From: an uncultured Gemmatimonadales bacterium
Lineage (GTDB): Bacteria > Gemmatimonadota > Gemmatimonadetes > Gemmatimonadales > GWC2-71-9
Length of the DNA stretch: 64,000 nt
Assembly (NCBI GenBank): GCA_963828735.1
Contig: CAWHFW010000005.1
Location: forward strand, 2,496,001 to 2,560,000
Direction of reading: 5' to 3'
Shown: positions 9,180 through 18,970 of the stretch, one piece after another
How the letters are laid out: each line of letters begins with the position of its first letter
How positions within the stretch are numbered: position 1 is the first letter of the stretch
Translations under genes and position numbers: made by a program
The notes under the pieces: generated by a model
Seen by the model: only the letters and a program-made list of their open reading frames with translations
What the model was told of the DNA's origin: nothing
The model's database searches: none

Positions 9180-10043
9180 TCACATGCGCATGGCGGCGAG
9201 TTCGGCGGCGGTGAATTCACCCACGAGGAAGGAGCCGTTGTCGCGGCCCGGCCAGCCAACGGCGTGGATCTTCCCCTCGCCTGCGGCATAGAGACCCGAC
9301 GTGGCGATCGCCTCGCGCACCCGGGGCGGTCGGAAGAACACGTGTTCGGGCACGACATACTGGACGACCAGACGGTCATGGCAGCGATAGGCGAGAACCG
9401 CGGCGGGCACGCCGTCGATCGTCGTGGTCCAGGCTCCGATCAACCGCATGTGCGGGGCCTTGAGTGCCGGGACCGAGAAGGGCACCTGTGACTCGACCGC
9501 TGCCAGCTCCGGCCCTTGCGGCAGCGCGGACTTGGCGACCCGGCGAAAGTCATGCAGCGCCGCATCCGCGATGGGCTCGGGGACGCTGTCGATAGAGACC
9601 GAGACCAGGGGACCCATGGACATGCCCCCCATCCCCGAGCCAGCCTGCCCCCGAGGGCCCAGAGCCCACAGCGCGGCGAGGCTCGCCGCGATCAGCCAGC
9701 CGCCCCAGGTAACCAACGGGTGCCGACGCATCGAACCCTTCGACGGCCCGGCACTTGGCATTCGCGGCGATCGCTCCGACGCCTCGCTCCCCAGGCGATT
9801 GACGTGATCCTTGAGGCGATCCAAAGTTTCCGATGGCTCCTGGCAGCTCTTCTCAGCGCGCAGTCTGTGCTTAAGCGCGGTCTGCACCCGAAGCTCCTGC
9901 ACGCACTGAGGACACTCGGCCACGTGGGCGTCCACCTCGCGCCGACCTTCGGGCGGGAGCTCGTCGTCCGCATAGGCGCCGAGTAGCGGCACTAGCTGCT
10001 CGTGCCGGCGAGCAAGCGGAGTTCGCTCGGCAGAGTCGCTCAT
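9180..10043 (-). CDS. Zinc-binding (zf-HC2/ZAS) transmembrane anti-sigma factor
   Basis: HVAECPQC (HxxxCxxC), one TM helix; ATGA overlap with the sigma gene. Confidence 0.85.
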   Translation of the reverse strand: MSDSAERTPLARRHEQLVPLLGAYADDELPPEGRREVDAHVAECPQCVQELRVQTALKHRLRAEKSCQEPSETLDRLKDHVNRLGSEASERSPRMPSAGPSKGSMRRHPLVTWGGWLIAASLAALWALGPRGQAGSGMGGMSMGPLVSVSIDSVPEPIADAALHDFRRVAKSALPQGPELAAVESQVPFSVPALKAPHMRLIGAWTTTIDGVPAAVLAYRCHDRLVVQYVVPEHVFFRPPRVREAIATSGLYAAGEGKIHAVGWPGRDNGSFLVGEFTAAELAAMRM

Positions 10044-10678
10044 GCGCGCCTCACGTGTAGTTGGGCAGTCGGGTTCCCCCGCGACGGGGCGAGATCGGAC
10101 AGGCTCTCGTTCATCAGAATGAGCGCGGCCAGCAGCTTCCGACCGCGATAAATCCGGCTCATGACCGTCCCGAGCGGCACCCCGGTGGCGTTCGCGATAT
10201 CGACGTATCGAAAGCCTTCTAGGTCATGTAGTTCGATAGCCAAGGCGAACTCCTCCGGCAGCATCCGTAGGAGTTCGTGGATCCGCTCCGTGGATGCGGA
10301 GGCGATGAGATCCTCGAGCGGTCCGGCCCCCTGATCTTGCGCGGTGTCGTCCGCCGATTCCAGGGTGAGCGTGGGGGCGAGCTGCTCGCGCCGCGTCTGC
10401 TTCTCGAAATGGTCGCTCAGGGAGGAGCGAAGAATGCGATAGAGCCACGGCAGGACCAGCGCATCTTCGCGCAGGTCGTCGAACGCCACCCAGGCGCGCG
10501 TGCAGGCCTCCTGCACCACATCCTCGGCGTCTGTGGGGTTCCGAAGCCGCCGGCCTGCGAAGCGCAAGAGGCGGGCGAGATGGGGCTGGACAAGAGCCTG
10601 AAAGCGCGCCTGACTGGCAATCGGTACGGCATCCGCTTGGCCCAAGCTCGCCCCCACCTGCACAGTCGATAGGATCAT
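10040..10678 (-). CDS. ECF RNA polymerase sigma-70 factor
   Basis: DAEDVVQE, WLYRI, region-4 IANATGVPLGTVMSRIYRGR. Confidence 0.92.
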   Translation of the reverse strand: MILSTVQVGASLGQADAVPIASQARFQALVQPHLARLLRFAGRRLRNPTDAEDVVQEACTRAWVAFDDLREDALVLPWLYRILRSSLSDHFEKQTRREQLAPTLTLESADDTAQDQGAGPLEDLIASASTERIHELLRMLPEEFALAIELHDLEGFRYVDIANATGVPLGTVMSRIYRGRKLLAALILMNESLSDLAPSRGNPTAQLHVRRA

Positions 10679-10690
10679 ACCTGTCTAACC

Positions 10691-10719
10691 TAGACGGCGT
10701 CACCCCTTGGAATATTCCC
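10691..10719 (-). promoter_or_regulatory. Autoregulatory ECF promoter GGGAATA-N16-CGTCTA
   Basis: Directly upstream of the sigma ATG; duplicated upstream of the lipoprotein gene. Confidence 0.65.
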
Positions 10720-10810
10720 GGGCCCGTCACCCGTGAGCCGGTAACGCCTGTGGGAAAGGAGAATGGGCCGGAGACTCTGGAGCGCTTTGGGATGCGCGTG
10801 TAGGACCTCC

Positions 10811-11025
10811 ACAAGTCCGAGCATTTGTGAGAGTAGAGTACGGCAAAGTCCGGCATGAAACCCAGCAAACCCCAGCATCGGGTGGCACGAACTCGCGTAA
10901 ATGGTGGCAAGTTGCCGGAATTGGGGTGGTTCCAGCGGCCCCTCTGGATCAGGAGAGTCCTGGTTGACCTCAAAAGGTCGCCGGCTCACCTCCGGTGGCC
11001 TTCGGCTCGAGCCCAGGAGGGGCAA
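10811..11025 (+). repeat. tRNA-Gln 3'-half att-like repeat, copy 4 (two-unit insert, first UUCG hairpin missing TTC)
   Basis: CTCTGGA 10942-10948; AGGGGCAA 11018-11025; hairpin then TGTGAG repeats at 11081, 11092 and 11104. Confidence 0.9.
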
Positions 11026-11645
11026 CTGAAAGCGCGGTGGCTGCTTGGCAGCCGTCGCGCTTTGCTTATTTGCGGGGGTGTGTGAGCAGTGTGTGAGTTA
11101 CTGCGTGAGTTACTCACGGCTGGGCAGGCGAGTTGCTCATCTTTGAGCTGCGGCTCGCTGGAATGACGGCGGAGATGCTGCACCGCTCTGGCTGGGAGGC
11201 GATCGACGGATTACTCAGCGCGGGGGAGGGATGCCGTAAAAGCGGCCGCCGCACGGAGCAATCCATGCGGCGGTCTAAGGAGCAGCTCCGGTAACTCTAA
11301 CTGGACAGAGTTCCCCGCTAGGGGGGCGGCGGGATCGAAAGCCCGCCCGGGCCATTCCCGTGCACCGCCTTCGAGGGGCGGCACCTGAAGTATACGCGTC
11401 AGCCCCTCTGCACGCTACTCGACCCCAAGCCTCGCCCGTTCCGCTACGAGGCCCCCCGTAGTAGGTGAGCCCGCCGCATCGCCGACAGTGAACCGGGTCC
11501 TGCTCTTCTCAGGAACGATGGCCGCCCGGGAGGGACAATGGCTCGCGCTGTTGCGGAGCCTTTTTGTTGGGCTTTGCCTTCCGTTCGATCCGGGAGAGGC
11601 ACTGTGCCGGTCACGGCTGCGTGACAGAAGGAAGCGTTCCCTTCC

Positions 11646-12473
11646 CTAGGGAAGCGCGGCAGAAAACTCCGCCATGCTCGTGAATCGCTCGGCAGCCGAT
11701 TTAGCGAGCGCCCGACCCAGGGCCTCATCAACCGTCTCCGGCACGGTGGCCCGAAGCCGCCGAGCCGAGGGCACGGGTGTTCGGAAGATTCGGGTGACCA
11801 CTTGGTGCGCCAGCGCCCCCGCGTAGGGAGGTTCGCCGGTCAACATCTCGTACAGAAGGCAGCCCAGACTATAGATGTCGGCCCGCTGGTCCAGCTCGCG
11901 CTCGCCGAGTAGTTGCTCCGGGCTTATGTAAAACAGGGTCCCCACCATGATTCCTGTATCGGTCAGCTTGCGATAGTTCGCGACGCCGAGGGCCCGGGCC
12001 AGCCCGAAATCCGCAACCAGCGCCCGGGGTTCGGCAAGGAGGATGTTCCCCGGCTTCACATCCCGGTGCAGGATGCCTAGGCCGTGGGCGTACCCGAGCG
12101 CCTCGGCCACGTCGTGCGTGATCCGGAAGGCTTCCTCCAGAGAGAGCTGACGCTCCCGATCCAACCGCTGATGAAGTGAGCCGCCTTCGATGTACGGCAT
12201 ACTGTAGTAGGGCACCTCGCCGGCGTCCCCAGACTCAAGCAGGGGCAGGATGCTTGGGTGCGAGAGCGACGCGGCTATCTCCATCTCGCGCCGAAATCGC
12301 TCGGTGTCGAGCGTAGCGCTCAGATCACGGTGCATGATCTTGATGGCCACCGGCTGTCGCTGGCGGACGTCGTGCGCGAGGTACACCGTGGCCATCCCAC
12401 CGCGCCCGATCTCGCGTTCAATCAGATAGCGGTCGCGGAAGGCCTGAGGGAGTGGTGAGGGTGTTGCGGTCAC
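11646..12473 (-). CDS. Ser/Thr protein kinase (catalytic domain only)
   Basis: GRGGMATVY, VAIK, HRDVKPGN, DFG, SPE motifs. Confidence 0.9.
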   Translation of the reverse strand: MTATPSPLPQAFRDRYLIEREIGRGGMATVYLAHDVRQRQPVAIKIMHRDLSATLDTERFRREMEIAASLSHPSILPLLESGDAGEVPYYSMPYIEGGSLHQRLDRERQLSLEEAFRITHDVAEALGYAHGLGILHRDVKPGNILLAEPRALVADFGLARALGVANYRKLTDTGIMVGTLFYISPEQLLGERELDQRADIYSLGCLLYEMLTGEPPYAGALAHQVVTRIFRTPVPSARRLRATVPETVDEALGRALAKSAAERFTSMAEFSAALP

Positions 12474-12607
12474 ATCGGTACCAACGACGGCAATGATGGC
12501 TAACCTAGCCCGAAGGACAGCCTCACGCTAGCCAAATACGCATGGGTGGCCCGCGGGCAAAGCAGCTGCCTGACGTCGGGAGGGACATCGAAGTGGCGTA
12601 ATGACCT

Positions 12608-12826
12608 GGCGAACCCCTTCATTTGCGCGAGTTAAGTACGGCAGGGTCCAGCAACCAACTCGGCAAACTCCAGCATCGGGTGACACGAACTCGCGTGAAT
12701 GCTAGCAAGTTGCTGGGGTTCAGCCGGTTACCACGGTCCCTCTGGATCAGGAGAGTCCTGGTTGACCTCAAAAGGTCGCCTTCGGCTCACCGTCGGTGGC
12801 CTTCGGCTCGAGCCCGGGAGGGGCAA
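12608..12826 (+). repeat. tRNA-Gln 3'-half att-like repeat, copy 5 (45-nt insert)
   Basis: CTCTGGA 12740-12746; T-stem 3' CCGGG (G-U wobble); terminator GGCTCCCGC-GACA-GTGGGAGCC plus T-run at 12828-12860. Confidence 0.9.
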
Positions 12827-13703
12827 TGGCTCCCGCGACAGTGGGAGCCGTTTCCTTTTTAGGTCGCGGTCTTCAGCGGCTTGGCCGTCTCTGGGTCTAG
12901 TCAAGGACGGGCAATCGGCTGCAGCAAGCTCGGCCGTATTCTTGTGAAGGCTCGGCCCGTCCCAACCGCGGCGTTTCAGGATTCGAGGCTGGTCTCTACT
13001 GCGGAACGCGATCTGGATGCCGGACTCCGGAGGGTCCGCAGCTGGGTCTCGGTCACGCTCGACGATGAGCGTTGGAGTATCCGTTTCGTGGGCCACCTCA
13101 CATCATTTCCTCCTCTGCGGTCTTAGGAATGCAGGGACAACGCGTGACTGTGGGCGCCCTGAGCCACTGGAAGCTGTGCCATGGTACAAGTTGTTCGTGA
13201 AGCTGCACTTAAACCCTCCGCGGCAGAATCCTACCCGTATTTACCAGCCCGTATGTGGACGGCGGCTGGCGGACTGGCTGATCTTGTGGCGAAATACCGG
13301 GGGATCCCGGCCGAGGCTGTGAACCGCCTCAGTCGGGTGCTGTCGGACCGGGATTTCATGTTTCGCGGGGGAGGGCCGGCGACGGCCTGAGCAATCCGCC
13401 GGTAGTCTGAGCTAGCAAGAATGGAGATTCCGATGCCGCGCTTCGCACATGTGCGGCGCATGCCGAGAATTATCGGGCACGGGCATCTTTAATCCCATCA
13501 CGCGCCACCGGCGGGGCCATACTGGTCCACGCCCGGCGCCGACGGACGTAGCAGCAGCCATCTATCAACGGCACCGAGCTCTATGCTCTTACATGGGCGC
13601 CTGTTTTCTAGGGCCCCAGGAGTAGGATCCCACCACCGATCGCAGTACGTCATGGTCAGTTCGGTTCGGCCCGCTGACGGCCCGAGCTCGAAGGAGGCCC
13701 CTG

Positions 13704-14630
13704 ATGGGTATTTTCGATTCATCTCGCACCCGCGTTGCGCCGGTCTTCGGCCGCCTGCAGTGCTTGGATCCATCCGGCAGACTGTGGCTCCAGGGACTCC
13801 TCGAACTGGCAAACAGTCGAAAGGTGCCGAGGCCGGAGGCCGGTCGCTCGCGCCTGCGGCTGGCGAGGTGGTGGCCGAGGGAGGCGAGACTGGCCGCTCC
13901 GCCGGGGCTTCTTCGATGGCTTCTGGAGAATGTGGAGGAGCCACGTGATGCCGCGGCATGGGGTCGCAGGCCGGAGGTGATGGCCAACCGGCGCCGAGTC
14001 GTCGACCGAGATGCCGACACGCTCGCTGGGGCGTTACGGAGTCTTCAAGAACGCCGCCTGTCGCCTCGCGCCTGGTACGTGCTTGAGGGGCCAAGTCAAC
14101 CAGACGTATATCTGGATTCCGCGGATGCCGTGATCGTTGTCGAAGGAAAACGAACGGAGACCGCTCCGACAACTTCCACAGCCTGGATGCGTGTGCGGCA
14201 TCAGATGCTGCGGCACCTTGACGGCGCCTGGGAGCATCTAGAGGGTCGGCGAATCTATGGCCTCTATATCGTCGAGGCGGACAATGGAACCAGCTCCACC
14301 GAACCCCCATCCACCTGGCACGAGGCAGTCGAGTCAACGATCTCGGACGAGGTGCTGAGGGGCAGCCTGCCGCACCGCACGTCCGACGAACGATCGCAGA
14401 TCGCCAGTGCTCTGCTCGGCGTTACCACCTGGCAGGCTGTCTGCGACGAGTTCCAGATACCCCGTGACGTTCTCATCCCCGAAGTCTTTGATGACGCGCC
14501 CGCGCTGAGAAGCACGCGCCGGAAATCGGGGAAGTCTCGGCGGCCTACCCCTTTGCCTGGTGACCTTGACCGGGCAGAGCCATCGCAAGCGACGGCAGCT
14601 CGTGGCCAACCTGATCATTTGAGTGAGTAA
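13704..14630 (+). CDS. Hypothetical protein with PD-(D/E)XK nuclease-like motif
   Basis: AAGGAGG RBS; QPDVYL...VVEGK...RHQMLR; stop codon lies inside the leader of copy 6. Confidence 0.6.
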   Translation: MGIFDSSRTRVAPVFGRLQCLDPSGRLWLQGLLELANSRKVPRPEAGRSRLRLARWWPREARLAAPPGLLRWLLENVEEPRDAAAWGRRPEVMANRRRVVDRDADTLAGALRSLQERRLSPRAWYVLEGPSQPDVYLDSADAVIVVEGKRTETAPTTSTAWMRVRHQMLRHLDGAWEHLEGRRIYGLYIVEADNGTSSTEPPSTWHEAVESTISDEVLRGSLPHRTSDERSQIASALLGVTTWQAVCDEFQIPRDVLIPEVFDDAPALRSTRRKSGKSRRPTPLPGDLDRAEPSQATAARGQPDHLSE

Positions 14631-14822
14631 AGGATGGCAAAGTCCGGCATCGAAGCCAGTGAACCCCAGCGGCGGGCGACACGAACTCGTGTCAATGGTT
14701 GCCAGTTGCTGGAACGCGGATAGTAATTCTGGCCCCTCTGGATCAGGAGAGTTCTGGTTGACCTCAATAGGTCGCCTTCGGCTCACCTCTGGTGGCCTTC
14801 GGCTCCAGCCCAGAAGGGGCAA
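14604..14822 (+). repeat. tRNA-Gln 3'-half att-like repeat, copy 6 (45-nt insert)
   Basis: CTCTGGA 14736-14742; T-stem TCTGG/CCAGA is a compensatory change; ends AGGGGCAA at 14822. Confidence 0.9.
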
Positions 14823-14951
14823 TGAAGTCCGCAACGGCTTGCTGTTGCCGGGCTTCGTCTATTTATCCACCTGCCGTAGGGGCTCGCGATCCGCCGGATG
14901 GGCACGATAAGCTGTCATGTACCACAAGTTCACCTTGCGAAAGGAGCTCCC

Positions 14952-15344
14952 ATGTTTGCCGTCATCCGCCATTACCACTTCGACAAGAAGGACAGTGCCG
15001 AGATCGATCGGCTCATCGAGGAACAGTTCGTGCCCATCATCCGCAAGGCCAAGGGCTTTGACCGCTACTACTGGCTGGATACCGGGAATGGTGAGGGCGC
15101 CTCATTCGGCGTCTTCAAGGACAAGGACGGTGCGGACGAATCGGTGGCTCTCGCGGCCGAGTTCGTGCGCACGCATATGGCGCAACTGCTGAGACAAAAG
15201 CCCGAAGTCATCGAAGGATCGATCAAGGCGCACAGACTGATCGACGACAGCACAGCGATGTCGCGCAATACGCCGTCATGGCGCTTCCCGAGCGCGGCAG
15301 AGAAGGTCTCGGATAGTGTACACCGGTCGTGTAGTCCGCCTTAG
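14952..15344 (+). CDS. ABM-like dimeric alpha/beta barrel protein (C-terminus possibly extended by a frameshift)
   Basis: AAGGAG RBS; MFAVIRHY..FVPII..GFDRYY..SFGVF..ADES pattern. Confidence 0.65.
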   Translation: MFAVIRHYHFDKKDSAEIDRLIEEQFVPIIRKAKGFDRYYWLDTGNGEGASFGVFKDKDGADESVALAAEFVRTHMAQLLRQKPEVIEGSIKAHRLIDDSTAMSRNTPSWRFPSAAEKVSDSVHRSCSPP

Positions 15345-15432
15345 CGGCCGCTGCGGGCGACGAGCGGCAGTTGATTTGGACTCCTTCGCGTGAACGTAGC
15401 TGCCGCTCGTACTGAGCGGCAGGGCGTTAGGG
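15338..15432 (+). mobile_element. Degenerate integron attC-like site
   Basis: ACGAGCGGCAG/CTGCCGCTCGT inverted repeat; ends GAGCGGCAGGGCGTTAGG (GTT R' box); left box degenerate (GCCTTAG). Confidence 0.45.
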
Positions 15433-15687
15433 GGCTTGGTTGTTCGATGTCGACGGTCAGATCATACGGTTGCTAGTCTACCCGTCGGCGGTACTCAGCG
15501 GCCGCGACATCCCTGAGCGGGAGCTCCTTCCGCTCCGTCACCCACTTCCGCCCTCAACCGATCGTCAACGCCCCAGCGCCCCTGGTGCAGTACAGGACCC
15601 CGTCCATCTACCGCGCGGATGCTGTCGAGGCGTACCTTACCCTATGTAACCCACCGGCAGGGCTGTCATCTCGAGCCCGGAAGGCGT

Positions 15688-16083
15688 ATGGCCTCTTCCC
15701 CAATCAGCCCGGCGCGACCGGTTGTGCTCGTAGTGGACGACGAGCCGGTGGCGCTGGCAGTGCTCCAACGAACGTTGGAACCGCATTATCGCGTGCTCAC
15801 CGCCTCCGACGGCTTGGAGGCGTTAAACGTGATCGAAGCGTGGGGTTCCAGCGTCCGGGTAGTGGTCACCGACGTGCGGATGCCTGGGCTGTCCGGGCCG
15901 GCCCTGGCGGCACACCTGGCGCGCTTGAACCGATCTCCCGCCGTCCTGTTCGTCTCGGGCTTTACCGACCCGGACGTGCCGGGGGAGGTGCTCGCCAAGC
16001 CTTTCCAACCCGACGCGCTCCTTAGCGCCGTCTCCCGGCTCCTTGAGAGCCAAGAGCGCAGCGGAAGTCGCGCTGACTCTTGA
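15688..16083 (+). CDS. Single-domain response regulator (CheY-like)
   Basis: VLVVDDE, VVTDVRMPG, VSG, AKPF. Confidence 0.88.
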   Translation: MASSPISPARPVVLVVDDEPVALAVLQRTLEPHYRVLTASDGLEALNVIEAWGSSVRVVVTDVRMPGLSGPALAAHLARLNRSPAVLFVSGFTDPDVPGEVLAKPFQPDALLSAVSRLLESQERSGSRADS

Positions 16084-16324
16084 GCGGCCTCAGTGTCGCT
16101 GTAGGGCGGTCTCGCCGTCCGATCACGTTTCCCGGTGACCCCAGGGGCATGGGCTCAACCGACCCTCAACGCTGGGCGCGCGTCGCTCCCCATCTCCGCT
16201 GCGCAAGCCCGGCCTGCCATCCGAGTGGACCCGGGTGCTAACCGTCCATCCCGACGGGATCAAGACGCTTCGGGCGGTGCTGTCCAACCCCGAAACGCAA
16301 TCGACAGACCGGGAGGTAGGATCG

Positions 16325-16648
16325 ATGCCACGCCGCATTCGCCGCCGTCCCGACGCGGACCCGAAGGCAGGCGTGCGCAAATACGGGAAGGCCGCGTTCG
16401 CCGATCCCGTGAACAACAAGTACCCGATCGACACGCCAGGGCGGATCAAGGCCGCGTGGGCCTACATCCACCAGCCCGAGAACGCAGCCAAGTACAGCGA
16501 GGCTGAGGTCCGAACGATCAAAATCAGGATCCGCCGAGCGGCGGAAATGCGGGACGTGGCGCTGCCAGATCCGGATGAGTTCGTCGAGCTGATGGCGCGC
16601 GTGAGAAAGAAGAAAGGATCGAGGACGCGGAAGGCGAACGACGAATGA
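16325..16648 (+). CDS. Small conserved protein (DUF6582-like)
   Basis: GGGAGG RBS; YG..FADPVNNKYPIDT..IKAAWAYI..NAAKYS motif. Confidence 0.6.
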   Translation: MPRRIRRRPDADPKAGVRKYGKAAFADPVNNKYPIDTPGRIKAAWAYIHQPENAAKYSEAEVRTIKIRIRRAAEMRDVALPDPDEFVELMARVRKKKGSRTRKANDE

Positions 16649-16736
16649 GCAAAGCACCGGAGCCTGCTCTCGCGTTCTCAGACAGCGTTCCACCGTTGGT
16701 CAGCCCAAGCCTTTTGCACAGTAACCGGGAGGTCCG

Positions 16737-17021
16737 ATGAGTCACTTCACACCCGAGGAGCTTGAGCGAGTCCGGACCATAATGCGCAAGGCCGGCGTCC
16801 GGGACGAGTGTGCCGCCTGCGGGAACATCGCTCTCAAAATCGACCAGGGACGGTACGGCCTCGTCGAGGTGGAATCCCTACTCGCGAATCCGACCGGCGC
16901 ACCGGGCGGCGGCGCGGGCCCAACCGGTCGCATCGCGACCTGCGTCCTGTTCTCCTGCTCACGGTGCGGCTGGATTCGACTGCACTCGCTCGCGGCGCTC
17001 GATCTGGACGCCATGGTATGA
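16737..17021 (+). CDS. Zinc-ribbon small protein
   Basis: GGGAGG RBS; CAACG...CSRCG. Confidence 0.6.
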   Translation: MSHFTPEELERVRTIMRKAGVRDECAACGNIALKIDQGRYGLVEVESLLANPTGAPGGGAGPTGRIATCVLFSCSRCGWIRLHSLAALDLDAMV

Positions 17022-17305
17022 CGTTGGCGGGTTCGTTCCGACCTGGAGATGTCATACAGGTCACGACCGCGTCGGGCATTGCGAATGGCCTGGTGGGTCC
17101 AGCCCCGGACGGCTCGAATGGTGTCGAGGTGAACGCTCGCACCCATGAACAGTGGCGGGCTTCATCCGTCTCAGGCACGCTGGAGGTTGTGGGAGTGGCG
17201 CCGCTGTGGCTGCGCATGGATCTGCTGGCCATCAATGTGCCAGGCGACGATGTCCGGATCCGGGGAGAGATCACGACCGTACTCCGTCATTTCCCCTGCG
17301 ACTGA
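17018..17305 (+). CDS. Hypothetical protein
   Basis: ATGA overlap with the preceding stop; beta-rich 95 aa. Confidence 0.45.
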   Translation: MTLAGSFRPGDVIQVTTASGIANGLVGPAPDGSNGVEVNARTHEQWRASSVSGTLEVVGVAPLWLRMDLLAINVPGDDVRIRGEITTVLRHFPCD

Positions 17306-17424
17306 ACTGCGGGACCTTTGCGTAGCCTCAACGCCGCTCACCTTGAACTGGCTCGAAGGTTCCTCCAGGCGTCGACAGACTGGGTTCCCTCCGCGGGCGG
17401 CCCTTGCAGCCGTCCTCGCTTTGA

Positions 17425-18189
17425 CTATTTGCGGGGGGCGTGTGAGTAAGGGGGCCATGAGGCCCGGCTCGCCTTCATCGTCGAGACATAAGGCTGCACC
17501 CGCTTCACCCACGCATCGATCTCCGGCGGGAAGATTGATCCCGTCTTGTGGGCGATCGAAACCTGAAAGCCGCTCTCGCTCAACTGTCGAGCCAACTCCT
17601 CCTCGTCTCGGCCCGCCTGGCCGCCGGTCCCGTGGAACTCGAGACCGACCGCGCGGACAAGGTGCAATTGCGGCCTGATCGACTCCAGCACTTCCGCTTC
17701 CATTCCTTCGATGTCGAGCTTGAGATAGTCGATCGGTCCGGTGATGTAGTCGGCCAGCGGGACCGTGTTGACCGGGATGTATTGGTCGGATCGCTGGGTG
17801 CCCCATTCCTGCCGGAGCGAGTGGGCCGAGGCCATCGGAGCGGGAACGCCGAATTCCCCGAACAAGCGGGCTGTGCCTCTCCGAGACGAGACAGCCAGGT
17901 TCAACAGCTCGACGCCTTCGAATCCATTGATTCCGATGTTGGTCTGCAGGAGCTCGAAGTTCTGGGGATCCGGCTCGAACGCAATGATTCGAGCCTCGGG
18001 GAACCGCCGCTTGAACCACGCGATGGAAAGGCCGATATGACTTCCGCAGTCCAGGATGATCGGGTCGCTCTTGTCGCAGTCGAACGAGTATTCCGCTTCC
18101 TCGAAGATCTCCCGTGAGAGCAGCTCGAATTCGGGCTCGTTGCGGTGGTGGAAGGTGAACCCGCCGCACTGGGCAGTGTAGGTTCGCAC
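17425..18189 (-). CDS. FkbM-family methyltransferase
   Basis: ILDCGSHIG, AFEPDP, YLKLDIEG. Confidence 0.88.
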   Translation of the reverse strand: MRTYTAQCGGFTFHHRNEPEFELLSREIFEEAEYSFDCDKSDPIILDCGSHIGLSIAWFKRRFPEARIIAFEPDPQNFELLQTNIGINGFEGVELLNLAVSSRRGTARLFGEFGVPAPMASAHSLRQEWGTQRSDQYIPVNTVPLADYITGPIDYLKLDIEGMEAEVLESIRPQLHLVRAVGLEFHGTGGQAGRDEEELARQLSESGFQVSIAHKTGSIFPPEIDAWVKRVQPYVSTMKASRASWPPYSHAPRK

Positions 18190-18429
18190 GGATGATTCCT
18201 CGTCAGCGATCCTGAAATCCTGAGGAGCGGGGTCTCAAGGCGCGTCACTCTCAGCGGACGGGCAGGGTACGGACGCGCCGCTATTGCACCCACGTGCCCT
18301 TACTCGCCGCCTGATTGCGACCGACGCTCGTTCGCGGCAGATGGTTGAGCCCCGGCCGCCCTGCGACGGGCGATCTAGGGCTCTCTGGCCCGTAGCCGAC
18401 TGGAGCTCCCTGCCTGGGCGACAGGACTC

Positions 18430-18448
18430 TCGAGCCCAGGAGGGGCAA
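18430..18448 (+). repeat. Partial tRNA-Gln 3' end
   Basis: TCGAGCCCAGGAGGGGCAA. Confidence 0.8.
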
Positions 18449-18460
18449 TTGGACTCCGTC

Positions 18461-18892
18461 CTACCTGGTGCTCTTCGCGATCTTGGCGCGAAGCTCGTTC
18501 ACGCCCGCCGCGATCTCGGGGCTGAAGTCCTCCGCCTCCCAGATCGGGCGGATCTCGAGGTCGCTCGGACCCGGCATCGGGTTGGGGCACCGCTTGGCCC
18601 ACTCGATCGCCTCTTCCATCGACCGGACCTGCCAGATCCAGTACCCCGCCACCAGCTCCTTCGCCTCGGCGAAGGGGCCGTCGGTCACCGACCGCTTGGT
18701 CCCATCGAAGTGGATCCGCTTCCCGAACTTGCTCGGCTTGAGCCCGTCACCGACGAGCATGATCCCCGCCTTGATCAGCTCTTCGTTGAACTTTCCCATC
18801 TGCTCGAACATCTCTTCGGCCCCTTCCATCTCGAAGGGATGCGACTCCGCTTCCGACTCCTTGGTCGCCTTCACGATCACCATGACCCGCAT
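18461..18892 (-). CDS. YciI/DGPF-family protein
   Basis: VTDGPFAEAKELVAGYW; GAGGAGG RBS. Confidence 0.9.
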   Translation of the reverse strand: MRVMVIVKATKESEAESHPFEMEGAEEMFEQMGKFNEELIKAGIMLVGDGLKPSKFGKRIHFDGTKRSVTDGPFAEAKELVAGYWIWQVRSMEEAIEWAKRCPNPMPGPSDLEIRPIWEAEDFSPEIAAGVNELRAKIAKSTR

Positions 18893-18943
18893 AGGACCTC
18901 CTCGATGGTTGGGAGCGGCCCTGGTGGCCTGCTCTACCCATAC

Positions 18944-18970
18944 GTCGTTCGGGGGTACCGGAAATCGACA
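18944..18970 (-). promoter_or_regulatory. ECF42-type promoter TGTCGA-N17-CGAC
   Basis: Motif directly upstream of a DGPF gene, the known target class of ECF42 sigmas. Confidence 0.5.

Noticed and set aside
10683..10690. GTTAGAC before the sigma ATG as an attC R' box
   Set aside because: No upstream palindrome; better explained as part of the duplicated ECF promoter context.
12860..13500. Short ORFs after repeat copy 5, and those at 6400-7250
   Set aside because: No recognisable motifs or consistent RBS; probably decayed fragments.
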